From positions 96,001-160,000 of the forward strand of contig JBEKYR010000006.1 of the NCBI GenBank assembly GCA_049510745.1: a stretch of 64,000 bases of DNA, read 5' to 3'. Position 1 is the first letter of the stretch. The number at the start of each line of letters is the position of its first letter. The notes under the pieces are model-generated. The model saw only the letters and a list, made by a program, of their open reading frames with translations, had not been told where the DNA came from and did no database searches. Positions 37,171 to 46,470 of the stretch are shown here, in pieces. The DNA comes from Verrucomicrobiota bacterium. GTDB lineage: Bacteria; Verrucomicrobiota; Verrucomicrobiia; Limisphaerales; Palsa-1400. A program made the translations under genes and the position numbers.

Positions 37171-38019
37171 AAAGAGCGTCGCCGCGTCCTCCGACGCGGG
37201 GAGAAAGCGCCCGCCGGCGAAACAATCCTCGACTTGACTGCCGTTCCAGCGGCGCAGCCGGTAAAGTTGGGCGAACATAAACGGCGGGGCGGCCTTTCCC
37301 TGGCCGCCAACCAGTTCCGCCCCGCGCCGCACGTTGTCCTGCATCCACGCCGGAATGAGCAGGTGATACGGGTTGCGCTTGACTTCCCCGACGTGGAAGG
37401 AAGTCGCCGCCACCAAGTCGGCCGCGTCCCGGTCCGTGTATTCGACCAACACATTGGGCGAAGTCATCTGGCCCCAGAATTCGGTTTCGACCAGATAACA
37501 ACTCCCGGCGTCCGCCGCCCGCAAGGCGTCCATCACCAGGAAATGCGTGCCGATGTGCGTGCTGTTCCAATCCAGTTCATGCGGGAAAAAAATCGTTCTT
37601 GGCCGGTGTTTCTTCAAGAGAGCGGCGATCACCCCGACTTTTTCCGACCACGCCCGGGGGTCCTTGGCGCGAGTGATGGGGCCAACAGCGTCCAATCCGC
37701 CGGGCACGGTGAGTTCGAGACCGAAGCCGAGAAAGTTGCAGGCGGTTTGCAATTCCTGCCAGCGGCCGCCCTTCCGTTTCGGCAGGCTGCCGAGCGTGAC
37801 CGCAACGTCGATGACGCGCCATCGGCTCTCGCGCAACAAGCGCAACGCCAGTCCGCCGGCAATGGTTTCGTCATCGGGATGCGGCGCGAAAAACAGCGCG
37901 GTCAGGGCGTCGGGAGCCGGGACGGGCCGCGAGGCGGGCGGCATTCCGCCCAATGGCAGCGACCTGCCCTCGGTGACGATGCGGGAGAACTCGGAGACCA
38001 GATTCAAGTAGGGATTCAT
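37156..38019 (-). CDS. PIG-L family N-acetylglucosaminyl deacetylase
   Basis: FAPHPDDE, PHELDWNSTH. Confidence 0.9.
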   Translation of the reverse strand: MNPYLNLVSEFSRIVTEGRSLPLGGMPPASRPVPAPDALTALFFAPHPDDETIAGGLALRLLRESRWRVIDVAVTLGSLPKRKGGRWQELQTACNFLGFGLELTVPGGLDAVGPITRAKDPRAWSEKVGVIAALLKKHRPRTIFFPHELDWNSTHIGTHFLVMDALRAADAGSCYLVETEFWGQMTSPNVLVEYTDRDAADLVAATSFHVGEVKRNPYHLLIPAWMQDNVRRGAELVGGQGKAAPPFMFAQLYRLRRWNGSQVEDCFAGGRFLPASEDAATLFEPSL

Positions 38020-38049
38020 AACGATGTGAGGGGATGATCCGGGGCGCGG

Positions 38050-39447
38050 TCAGACCTCCGGAAGACTGGCGGCGGCGATGGCCTGCCCGTGGCGTTTCTC
38101 TTTTTCATCGGGGACGTGCAACGTGATTTTCCCGGACAATTCCGGAAACTCGGTCCTTAACACCTCTCCGGCCTGTCGCACAATAATTTCCCCGCCCGGG
38201 CCGCTGGTGACGCGCCCCAGCACCAGGACGTGTTGGCAGTCATAAAAATCCGCGTAGTGCGCGATGCCGTAGCCGAGGTAAACGCCGATGGTTTCATAGA
38301 TTTTACGGGCGCGGGCGTCCCCCGCTTCCATCAACTGCTGCGCCAGTTTCAGTTTTTCCGGCAACGGCAGGCCGTCCGGCGCGTTGATGCCGGCCGCGGG
38401 CAGCAAGCGGGCCACGCATTGCTGCGAAAAGTATTGCACCCCGCAACCGCGATCACCCGACCATTCATCGAGCGGCGCGGCGGGGTTGTAGTCAATGGGC
38501 GCAAACGCCAATTCATTGAGCCAAGAGGTGATATTGCCCTCCGGGGTGACAAATCCGCCGGCCTGGCTGGAACCCAAAGCGATGCCCAGGACCGCGTTCT
38601 TCCCAAGGGCCATCGCCCCCGCCAGCGCCGTGACCTCGCCGTCATTGACCACTTCAAAGGGGATTCCGCCCCAGGCCTCCTTCAACTCGACAAACAAGTT
38701 GCGCACCCGCCGCTGGAACAAATCCGCCGGCACGCCGCGAAAAAGCGAGGCGACCCGCACGCGATTGTTGACATAGACGCCCGCCGAACTGCCGCCGATG
38801 GCATCGACGCGGGGCAAGTGCCTGGCGGCCCGTCGCAGCGAATGCATGATTTGGTCGAAGTGCCATTGCGGGTCGGATTGCGGCACGGGGTTCCAGACGG
38901 CTTCCTCGGAAAACACCGCCTGGCCGTCGATCACCGCCGCCACTTTCCGGTCGCTGGCGCCGAGGTCGAAGCCGATGCGGCACCCGTTCCAATGCCGGCC
39001 CAGCGGCTTTGTATTGGCCCGCGGCGGCGGGAGGTCCCGGGTGGCGAGGACTTCAAAGGGATGCTCGTAAATGCGTTCGCCCATGATGTTCGCGTCAAAG
39101 CGGCCGGTGGCTGTTTCCTGGAAGTGCCGTTGCATCCGCGCCCCCAATTCGTCCGGGCCGTCCACATAGACGCGGAATCCGCCGCGCGACCAGAGCAGGA
39201 ATTTTACAAACCGTTCGAGGAAGAAGAAATTGGCGCGGGATTCCGGTTCGGGCGGGGGAACAAGTTTCAGCGTGAAATGAAAGACCGAGCCGTCGGCCTG
39301 TTCCAGCGCCAGCCGCAGGGGGAGGGCCTCCGGCGAGGCGGCCACGCGCGCCGCCAAGAGGCGGTGGGCCAGCGCCGCCGGCCGGAAGGACGGGTCCAAG
39401 GGCGGCAAAACCCTTGGCACAGGGCGCGTGATGCATTCAGTGTCCAT
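38050..39447 (-). CDS. ROK family sugar kinase/regulator
   Basis: GFDLGASD, VVNDGEVTALAG, LGIALGSS, ELAF; start ATG 39447. Confidence 0.85.
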   Translation of the reverse strand: MDTECITRPVPRVLPPLDPSFRPAALAHRLLAARVAASPEALPLRLALEQADGSVFHFTLKLVPPPEPESRANFFFLERFVKFLLWSRGGFRVYVDGPDELGARMQRHFQETATGRFDANIMGERIYEHPFEVLATRDLPPPRANTKPLGRHWNGCRIGFDLGASDRKVAAVIDGQAVFSEEAVWNPVPQSDPQWHFDQIMHSLRRAARHLPRVDAIGGSSAGVYVNNRVRVASLFRGVPADLFQRRVRNLFVELKEAWGGIPFEVVNDGEVTALAGAMALGKNAVLGIALGSSQAGGFVTPEGNITSWLNELAFAPIDYNPAAPLDEWSGDRGCGVQYFSQQCVARLLPAAGINAPDGLPLPEKLKLAQQLMEAGDARARKIYETIGVYLGYGIAHYADFYDCQHVLVLGRVTSGPGGEIIVRQAGEVLRTEFPELSGKITLHVPDEKEKRHGQAIAAASLPEV

Positions 39448-39991
39448 ACGCCGAATCGACCGCCTCATTGAGCCAGTCTTTGCCCTTGGCGGCAAGCGCC
39501 GTTTGTGTTTGGTTAGTGCCAGGCGTCGCGAATAAATGCAGTTCGGCCTCAACGCCGTCGAACTGTTCCGCGACCTTCTGCCGGAACCATTGGAAAGAGG
39601 GCCTCCTCTTCGAGAAGAACAGGTGGCTCGACCGGCTTCGGTGGTAATCCGACGAACCGAATCGGCGAATCGGCACACGAAATCGCGGCGCCGTTTCCAG
39701 CAGTTCCGCCCAGTGATGCTCCAGCTTTTGATCGGCTCTCGTGTACCAGACCTCGACAGGTTCAGCCACTCCCAGCAAATAATCAATGTGCCAGTGCGGG
39801 GTGGCCGTGGATTCCAGGTGGTGGCCGATGCGCGCGCGGAGTCCCCCAGCGCCAAAGGCGCTGCCGACGTAGGCGTAATAGCCAGGCACGATGTCGCAAG
39901 CGCCCAAGCCTCCGATCTCCAGGCGTTTCATCTGGGCCACGAAGGCAACCAGCACGTAAGTTCCTTTGGCCTCGGGCAGGTCCATCGCCAT
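39437..39991 (-). CDS. DUF123 / GIY-YIG nuclease family
   Basis: KGTYVL, GYYAYVGSA, HWHIDYL, FGSSD. Confidence 0.85.
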   Translation of the reverse strand: MAMDLPEAKGTYVLVAFVAQMKRLEIGGLGACDIVPGYYAYVGSAFGAGGLRARIGHHLESTATPHWHIDYLLGVAEPVEVWYTRADQKLEHHWAELLETAPRFRVPIRRFGSSDYHRSRSSHLFFSKRRPSFQWFRQKVAEQFDGVEAELHLFATPGTNQTQTALAAKGKDWLNEAVDSAYGH

Positions 39992-40338
39992 CAACCAAAC
40001 GTGCTCCCGTTCCAACCCCAGTGGCTCGCTTCGACCTCGGTGAAGCTGAGGTAAATGCGATTTGGCGGAATTCCGAGAGAATCGTGCAGCAACTGGCAGA
40101 CTTTCTGCGAGAGCTTGCGGTTCACGTCGCTGGTCAGCCCGCCAATGCTCCGCACGTCCACAAAGGCCGCGTCACCCGGACTGCCGGACATCTGCATGGC
40201 GGCCTGGCTGGCGGCCACCATGACGTATTGCTGCGGTTTGCCAATGGTTTCGGAGACCGTTTTGGACAGAGAGGCCAGCAGGGCTTGCCGCTTCTCCTCA
40301 GAGAGAACAACTGTAGTTTCGAGTTTTAATAGTGGCAT
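39991..40338 (-). CDS. MIF/phenylpyruvate tautomerase family
   Basis: Met-Pro start, GKPQQYVMV, VRSIG, NRIYLSF, WGWNGSTFG. Confidence 0.9.
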   Translation of the reverse strand: MPLLKLETTVVLSEEKRQALLASLSKTVSETIGKPQQYVMVAASQAAMQMSGSPGDAAFVDVRSIGGLTSDVNRKLSQKVCQLLHDSLGIPPNRIYLSFTEVEASHWGWNGSTFG

Positions 40339-40546
40339 GACCAACATCTACAATCTTCTTCGCGGGAATGCAACCATCCGCGGCCTGTGCTGCGGCGAGC
40401 CGGCCCCGCAATCGCGCGCATTTGACCCTCCGCACGGCGCGGAGTAACCTCGCGCCATGAACGCTTGTTCGTGCGAGAGCAAATCAAGAATTCGCGGCCG
40501 GCCACGCGGAAGAAAGCCGAGCAGTCTCTGAAAGGAGTTCAAAACC

Positions 40547-41296
40547 GTGCCAAAACTCCACCGGCATAGGGGCGCGGACCCGGAGGATGAGCGTTTGTTC
40601 GGCGCCGGTCGCCTGGCCGCCTTGCGCCAGGCAACCAGTGATTTGTGCTGGTTGTTGGACCACGGTTACGGCATCGGCTGCGCCACAGAACTGGTGGGAG
40701 ATCGCCATCATTTGGCCCGCCGGCAGCGCATTGCCATCGCCCGATGCGCCTGTTCCAAGGCCGCCAAGGAGCGGCGTCAGGCCCATTGTATCGGGCCGGA
40801 CCAGTTGCGCGGCCGGGAGCTTTGGCTGGACGGTTTTAACGTCTTGACGGCGGTTGAAACGGCCTTGGGTGGCGGAGTGATCCTCATCGGCAGGGACGAT
40901 TGCTGCCGGGACGTGGCCGGGGTTTATGCTCGGTACCACAAAGTGGAGGAGACCCTGCCGGCGCTCCACGCGATCGGCCAAATGGCGGCTCAATGGGCGG
41001 TCAGCCAGTGCCACTGGCTGCTGGACAGCCCCGTCAACAACAGCGGCCGCCTCAAGGGAATCATCCAGGAAGTGGCCGCCAGGACAGGCTGGCCTTGGGA
41101 GGTTGAGATGGTGATAAATCCCGACCGGGTTCTTTCCGTCACAGACCAGGTCGTGTCCAGTTCGGACCACGTGATTCTGGACCGCTGCCAAACCTGGTTT
41201 AACCTGGCCCGCCAAGTGATCGCCGCCCAAGTGCCGGCCGCACACGTGGTGGACCTTGATCCGGATGGAGTTCCTTCATGCGCACGATCACGTTGA
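40547..41296 (+). CDS. DUF434 domain protein
   Basis: HRGADPED, WLLDHGY, LVGDRH.L..RQR, DGFNVL, LDSPVNNSGRL. Confidence 0.8.
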   Translation: MPKLHRHRGADPEDERLFGAGRLAALRQATSDLCWLLDHGYGIGCATELVGDRHHLARRQRIAIARCACSKAAKERRQAHCIGPDQLRGRELWLDGFNVLTAVETALGGGVILIGRDDCCRDVAGVYARYHKVEETLPALHAIGQMAAQWAVSQCHWLLDSPVNNSGRLKGIIQEVAARTGWPWEVEMVINPDRVLSVTDQVVSSSDHVILDRCQTWFNLARQVIAAQVPAAHVVDLDPDGVPSCARSR

Positions 41297-41418
41297 CCAC
41301 CGATTTCGGCACGCGCGACTGGTTCGTCGGCGCGATGAAGGCCGTCATTCTCGGCCTCCAAGGTGACCGTGCGGATGAAGTCCGGACCAAGGCCGCCAGC
41401 ATGATCTTTTTAATGTAA
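41278..41418 (+). pseudogene. N-terminal stub of SAM hydroxide adenosyltransferase (DUF62, chlorinase/fluorinase family)
   Basis: MRTITLTTDFGTRDWFVGAMKAVILG, then similarity is lost; stop at 41416-41418. Confidence 0.8.
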
Positions 41419-41439
41419 TTTTCATCAGCCGTTAATGTT
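41410..41439 (+). promoter_or_regulatory. OmpR-type triple direct-repeat box 1
   Basis: TTAAT GTAATT TTCAT CAGCCG TTAAT GTT. Confidence 0.75.
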
Positions 41440-41606
41440 CGCAGCGTAAGGTTATCATGGAAGAAGGCGAGGGGCGGAGGCTCCGGAACGACGGAACGAG
41501 CCGCGGTTCAACTTCTGTTGTTCGAATGCCTGATGCCAGATACGCGTGCGCCTGCCGAAAGGCGCCGTTCGCCCACGACCTCTCCTGAAAATGAAGGGAA
41601 GAGATT

Positions 41607-42128
41607 ATGAAAATTATCCGGTTCTTTTCGGTGGCTGCGATGTTTTTGGGGCTTGCCGGTTGTGCGACCTCTCCGGTCGTTCTTGCGCCCGTCGGGCCGA
41701 ATCCTGTCGGCCGCGAGAGCGTGGCTTCCATGGGTGCGCTGCAGGTCTTCTCCAGAGTGGTTGAGCGGAGTGATGATCAGAATCAAGGCGGCGATGGCAC
41801 TTCCGGCTGGCCACAACACGCTGACTACGTTATTTACAACTTGCACGGCAAGCGGGTCAAACACGTGGGCAACACAGTCGGGCATTACGCAACGGCGCCT
41901 CTCATTGTCACCCTGCCACCCGGCAGATACATCGTGGCAGCCGAAGCGGAAGGGGCCTTGCGGGTCAGGGTGCCGGTGAAAATTGAGCGTGGACGAATAA
42001 GCAGAATTCACCTTGACGGTTATTGGAAACCTCCCGCCAGCGCGCGGAGAGATGAATTGGTCAGCATGCCCGCCGGCAGTTTTGTGGGATGGCGCGCCGG
42101 CGCCGGAAACGAAGTCGGTTTTCAATGA
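41607..42128 (+). CDS. Hypothetical lipoprotein
   Basis: MKIIRFF...LAGC lipobox; LPPGRYIVAA beta-sandwich-like segment. Confidence 0.75.
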   Translation: MKIIRFFSVAAMFLGLAGCATSPVVLAPVGPNPVGRESVASMGALQVFSRVVERSDDQNQGGDGTSGWPQHADYVIYNLHGKRVKHVGNTVGHYATAPLIVTLPPGRYIVAAEAEGALRVRVPVKIERGRISRIHLDGYWKPPASARRDELVSMPAGSFVGWRAGAGNEVGFQ

Positions 42129-42237
42129 CCGATGCGTGCCTGTGTGAGAAGAAGGAATCGGCCATTAGACACGTCAGTGTGGCCGTCACGCTGCTGACTT
42201 TCCTGCACGCGTGCCCCCCGGTCGAGGCTGCCAAGAG

Positions 42238-42453
42238 TCAGAGGGCATCGGCGCCTTGCGGCGATTGGCGGTAGGAGTCCCAGCAACTTTGACAGATGCC
42301 GTGCTCGTGGATCCATTGTGGATGGCAGGCTTGAATGGAGCGCATGATCTGATGACGACTCGCCGGCCTCTCGGCGACGATGTGAGCGTGAAGTTGGGCG
42401 CAGGGAAAGGATTTGCCGCAAATCGGACACGTGCCTTCGAGATTCCATTTCAT
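42238..42453 (-). CDS. Small CxxC...CxxCW protein
   Basis: CPICG...HPQWIHEHGICQSCWDSY; paralog at 44894; downstream of box 2. Confidence 0.65.
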   Translation of the reverse strand: MKWNLEGTCPICGKSFPCAQLHAHIVAERPASRHQIMRSIQACHPQWIHEHGICQSCWDSYRQSPQGADAL

Positions 42454-42527
42454 ACGATCTTGAGTTCAAAGCCACGGATCTTGCCTGCTGCCCTGACGAT
42501 CCGTATCACAATGAAGCGTACGCCCTG

Positions 42528-42557
42528 AACATTAAAATCTCCTGAAAATCACGTTAA
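42528..42557 (-). promoter_or_regulatory. OmpR-type box 2
   Basis: Minus strand TTAAC GTGATT TTCAG GAGATT TTAAT GTT. Confidence 0.65.
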
Positions 42558-42653
42558 AATCGGGATTTTTTGGGGGAGGTTGATGTTCCTTTGCCCCTTT
42601 TCGCGCTGGTGAGCACGACACAAGAGGGCCGCGAACGGCGTTTCAGACGAATT

Positions 42654-42683
42654 TTAATCTGAAATTCATCAGCCATTAATGTT
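42654..42683 (+). promoter_or_regulatory. OmpR-type box 3
   Basis: TTAAT CTGAAA TTCAT CAGCCA TTAAT GTT. Confidence 0.75.
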
Positions 42684-42701
42684 CGCGCGGTCAAAGATTG
42701 C

Positions 42702-43823
42702 ATGACGTATTCTATGTCCGACCTGTTACAGTTGATGGTTTCCGAGGGATCCTCTGACTTGCACGTCCGTGTCGGTGTGCCGCCTGTCATCCGCATCCAT
42801 GGCACTCTCCACCGTATCGAGGGGCCGCCCTTGCAGCCGCAAGACTGCGAAGAACTAATGCACAGCATCACCTCCGAAGACCATGTCCAGCAGGTTCGCG
42901 AGCAAGGCGGGGTGGACTTCGGCTTTGCGTTCGGCGACATGGCGCGCTTTCGCGTCAGCACTTTCAAGGAAAAGGGCAACTTCGGCCTGGTTTTGCGGCA
43001 GATCCCCGCCAAGTTGCTGACGTTGGAACAGATCGGATTGCCGCGGCACACCATTATGACGCTCCTGCACAAGCCGCGCGGCCTGGTGCTGGTGACCGGG
43101 CCGACCGGTTCGGGCAAAACGACCACGCTGGCCTCGATGATCAACATCATCAATGAAGAACGTGACGACGCTCACATCATTACCATTGAGGACCCGATTG
43201 AATACTATCATCAGCATAAAAAGGCTGTCGTCACGCAGCGCGAAGTCCACGTCGATGTGCCCAGTTTCGCCGAGGCGCTGCGCCGGGCGTTGCGGCAGGA
43301 CCCGGATGTCGTTCTGGTGGGCGAATTGCGGGACTTGGAGACGATGGAAGCGGCCATCACGGCGGCGGAAACGGGCCACCTGGTCTTTGGCACGCTGCAC
43401 ACGACCGGGGCGGCCAAGACCATTGATCGCCTGGTCAACGCCTTTCCGATCAACCAGCAGGAAACCATCCGCATCCAGCTTTCCACCGTTCTGCAAGCGG
43501 TTATTTCGCAGTTGTTGCTGCCGCGCATTGACAAGCCGGGCCGCATCGCCGCCTATGAGATCATGATTAACACCCCGGCCATCGCCGCGCTCATTCGCGA
43601 CAACAAGACCTTCCGCATCCAATCCGACATCCAAACCGGCGCCAAACACGGGATGGTTACCCTCGACAGTTACCTGATGGAGAAATACTCGCAGGGCATT
43701 ATTTCACGCGACGAAGCCGTCAACAAATCACAAGACCCCACCACCATGCTCCAGAAACTGGCGGAATGGGAAGCCGCCCAAGCCGAGTTAACCGAGGCGC
43801 CACCGGCAGAGATGGCTGCCTGA
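42702..43823 (+). CDS. pilT: Type IV pilus retraction ATPase PilT
   Basis: [39 protein letters not shown]. Confidence 0.95.
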   Translation: MTYSMSDLLQLMVSEGSSDLHVRVGVPPVIRIHGTLHRIEGPPLQPQDCEELMHSITSEDHVQQVREQGGVDFGFAFGDMARFRVSTFKEKGNFGLVLRQIPAKLLTLEQIGLPRHTIMTLLHKPRGLVLVTGPTGSGKTTTLASMINIINEERDDAHIITIEDPIEYYHQHKKAVVTQREVHVDVPSFAEALRRALRQDPDVVLVGELRDLETMEAAITAAETGHLVFGTLHTTGAAKTIDRLVNAFPINQQETIRIQLSTVLQAVISQLLLPRIDKPGRIAAYEIMINTPAIAALIRDNKTFRIQSDIQTGAKHGMVTLDSYLMEKYSQGIISRDEAVNKSQDPTTMLQKLAEWEAAQAELTEAPPAEMAA

Positions 43824-43867
43824 ATGACGCGCGCCGCCGGATCTTGAAAGGAAACAATGATTCACCT

Positions 43868-44350
43868 ATGAACCCGCCAAATCAGACCGCAAAGCCAGGC
43901 CTTCAAAGCGAGCGACGCGTCCGCACGCTGCTGGTGGATGACTCCCAATTCATGCGCGCGTATCTGGCCATGCTTGTAAAGGAGAGTGGTTTTGAACTCG
44001 TCGGAACCGCGACCAACGGGCATCAGGCGCTCCGGTACGTGGCCGACCTCAAGCCAGACTTGGTTTTGATGGATTTCGAGATGCCGTGCATGGACGGGCT
44101 CGAAGCAACCCGATCCATCAAGCAATCAGGCCGGCAGTCCGGTTATGCGCCGGTGATTGTCATTGTCACTTCGGAAGACACCTTGGCATGCCGGTCCCGA
44201 GCCGAAGAGGCGGGCGCCAACGGGTTCGTGCCAAAATCCGAGAATCTGCGTGCCCAACTGAAATCCACTCTCGACAGCCTGTTTTCCGGGAACGGTGAAT
44301 CGTTGCCGGCCGACTTGGTTGAAGCCAGCCATGAAAGTGCTTGCGCATAA
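43868..44350 (+). CDS. Single-domain response regulator
   Basis: LLVDDS, DLVLMDFEMP, GANGFVPK. Confidence 0.88.
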   Translation: MNPPNQTAKPGLQSERRVRTLLVDDSQFMRAYLAMLVKESGFELVGTATNGHQALRYVADLKPDLVLMDFEMPCMDGLEATRSIKQSGRQSGYAPVIVIVTSEDTLACRSRAEEAGANGFVPKSENLRAQLKSTLDSLFSGNGESLPADLVEASHESACA

Positions 44351-44432
44351 CGCAGTCGTTCGCAGTCCCGAGGCCCGCCCGGTTTACGCCGCGCATGCAT
44401 GGCCATTGCGGAATGAGAGGAGCCGGCAATTC

Positions 44433-44462
44433 TTAATTCTATTTTCATCTGCCTTTAATGTT
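44433..44462 (+). promoter_or_regulatory. OmpR-type box 4
   Basis: TTAAT TCTATT TTCAT CTGCCT TTAAT GTT. Confidence 0.75.
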
Positions 44463-44519
44463 GGTTCCGTCGAAATAAATCGGTGCAGTGAGATTCTGCC
44501 CTGATAAGGAAAAATTCGT

Positions 44520-44897
44520 ATGAAAACATCACAGCCGCCAACCGTAATCAGTAAGTTTCCAGCAAGGAACAACGCTTTGAGGGGGGACAATGGCGAACAC
44601 AAAACAACGGCTTCTCTCCCGAGCCGATTGAAGCCTGTTGAAGTCACCTTCCTTTTCGATCATCCCGACGCCCGCGAAGTCTTCCTCTGCGGCGATTTTA
44701 ATCAGTGGGCGCAGGAATCCCTGCGCATGATTCGCTGCGACGGGGTTGGGCGTTGGGAAAAGCGCCTGACCCTCCTGCCAGGCCGTTATGAATACAGATT
44801 CGTCGTCGATGGGCAGTGGATGTCCGATCCTCACGCGCCCGCCGGGGTTCCCAACCCTTACGGTTCATTAAATTCAGTTGTCGAGGTGAGACTATGA
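44520..44897 (+). CDS. Glycogen-binding (CBM48/AMPK-beta-like) domain protein
   Basis: VFLCGDFNQW, LLPGRYEYRFVVDGQWMSDP, PNPYGSLNSV. Confidence 0.9.
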   Translation: MKTSQPPTVISKFPARNNALRGDNGEHKTTASLPSRLKPVEVTFLFDHPDAREVFLCGDFNQWAQESLRMIRCDGVGRWEKRLTLLPGRYEYRFVVDGQWMSDPHAPAGVPNPYGSLNSVVEVRL

Positions 44898-45238
44898 AAG
44901 CGCAAGGTTTCTGCCCATTGTGCGGGCAGCGGATTCCAAAAGCGCTAATTCAATTGGGACAAGAAGGGGGTGGGGCCAGACACCCAATCGTCACGCGGAT
45001 CCAAAAAGCGCAGCCGGGCTGGGTTGAGGAAGAGGGCGCCTGCGGGAATTGTTGGGAATCGTTCACGGCCATCCTTTGCGTCATACGCTTTTTCAACCAG
45101 TCTGGGAACCAGCAACGCCTTGGAGACGGCTCAACCTCCCGTGCCGCGTCTCAGGCGATGACGAACATTTTGTGGCTCGACCGCGGACGGCACTCGATCC
45201 CCATCCGGCGGTCCGTGGCCACGGCAGGCGCCCGGTGA
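44894..45238 (+). CDS. Small CxxC...CxxCW protein
   Basis: ATGA coupling to the previous gene; CPLCG...PGWVEEEGACGNCWESF. Confidence 0.6.
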   Translation: MKAQGFCPLCGQRIPKALIQLGQEGGGARHPIVTRIQKAQPGWVEEEGACGNCWESFTAILCVIRFFNQSGNQQRLGDGSTSRAASQAMTNILWLDRGRHSIPIRRSVATAGAR

Positions 45239-45591
45239 GAACGCAACTCCATACGGCGGCAGCCGGACATGTCATCACGATAAAGGATCACTTGTGGGTC
45301 CAGAAGCGGACGGAAGAGCGGGCGCACGCGATTTGGGTTTCGTCCGGCTGCCGCAGCGGCACGGCGCTGAGAGATTGGCTCGAAGCTGAGGAGGAGGCGC
45401 TGGTCGAGTTTTGCCGGCAGCACGTGCGACATTCCGCCGGCGGGCGGGCTTCATGGCAAACGCGTGAAAAGCCCGCCGTCGGAACCGCATTGAATGTTTG
45501 TCGTTCAACCGCGCCAGCGCCTCGTCCAACAGGCGCTCAATCTCGCGCGTTTGCGCCAACTGCCCCGGCGTTTGCCGCCAGTCTGCGATAA
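45049..45591 (+). CDS. DUF2934-like protein (start uncertain, possibly degenerate)
   Basis: EERAHAIW...GCRSG.A..DWLEAEEE. Confidence 0.5.
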   Translation: MLGIVHGHPLRHTLFQPVWEPATPWRRLNLPCRVSGDDEHFVARPRTALDPHPAVRGHGRRPVRTQLHTAAAGHVITIKDHLWVQKRTEERAHAIWVSSGCRSGTALRDWLEAEEEALVEFCRQHVRHSAGGRASWQTREKPAVGTALNVCRSTAPAPRPTGAQSRAFAPTAPAFAASLR

Positions 45592-45700
45592 GTTCCGGGT
45601 GCGGAATCGTTTCGGAATGGTCGGCGGGTTCCATCGCTTGCTCCAATGAAACCACGTCCAGACCATTGTATTGGTTGTTTCAGGCGTAATCCGCATTGTC
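45490..45700 (-). pseudogene. Internal fragment of an ECF sigma factor
   Basis: VSLEQA...IADWRQTPGQLAQTREIERLLDEALARLNDKH resembles the linker and start of region 4; the rest is missing. Confidence 0.6.
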
Positions 45701-45734
45701 ATGTCAGGTTGACACTATGATTATGAACGGGTTT

Positions 45735-45764
45735 TTAATGTATCTTTCACGTGGTGTTAATGTG
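45735..45764 (+). promoter_or_regulatory. OmpR-type box 5 (autoregulatory position)
   Basis: TTAAT GTATCT TTCAC GTGGTG TTAAT GTG, 25 bp before the regulator start. Confidence 0.72.
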
Positions 45765-45789
45765 CCTGTGGTCAAATGAGTGAGCAGTT

Positions 45790-46470
45790 ATGCGCATCCT
45801 GGTGATCGAAGACGAAAAGAAAGTGGCGGAGTTTGTCGCTCGCGGCTTGAGGGACCACCGCTTCGCCGTGGATATTTCCAGCGACGGCCAAAGCGGCTTG
45901 GAAATGGCCAAGGCGTGCAATTACGACCTGATCGTTCTCGACCTGAAGCTGCCCGGACTCGGCGGCACTGAGGTTCTCAAACGGATTCGCCAACATGGCT
46001 CCAAAATGCCCATCCTCATTCTGACCGCGCATGCGGACACGGCCGAGAAGGTCGCAAATTTCGAAGCCGGCGCTGATGACTATCTGACCAAGCCCTTTGC
46101 TTTCGAGGAGTTATTGGTGCGCGTCAAAGCCCTGTTTCGGCGCGGCGGGGTTGACCCGTCGAACGTGCTGCGGGTTGGAGACCTGGAAATTGACCGCGCC
46201 AGCCAGCAGGTCAGACGCGCCGGAAAGAAGATTGAACTGACTTCCAAGGAATACAGCCTGCTTGAATACCTGGTTAGCAATGCCGGACGGGTTTTGTCGC
46301 GGACCATGATCGTGGAGCACGTTTGGGACGAAAGTTTCCAGGGACTCACCAATATCGTGGATGTTTATGTGCGGCATTTGCGCAGCAAGGTGGATGATCC
46401 GAACCCGAAGAAACTCATCCAAACCGTGCGGGGTGTCGGTTACTCCATCAGCGACGAGGCCCAGACATGA
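45790..46470 (+). CDS. OmpR-family response regulator (CusR/CzcR-like)
   Basis: MRILVIEDE, GADDYLTKPF, TNIVDVYVRHLR, TVRGVGY. Confidence 0.95.
   Translation: MRILVIEDEKKVAEFVARGLRDHRFAVDISSDGQSGLEMAKACNYDLIVLDLKLPGLGGTEVLKRIRQHGSKMPILILTAHADTAEKVANFEAGADDYLTKPFAFEELLVRVKALFRRGGVDPSNVLRVGDLEIDRASQQVRRAGKKIELTSKEYSLLEYLVSNAGRVLSRTMIVEHVWDESFQGLTNIVDVYVRHLRSKVDDPNPKKLIQTVRGVGYSISDEAQT

Noticed and set aside
39448..39855. N-terminal extension of the ROK ORF
   Set aside because: Overlaps the DUF123 gene in another frame; ATG 39447 is the better start.
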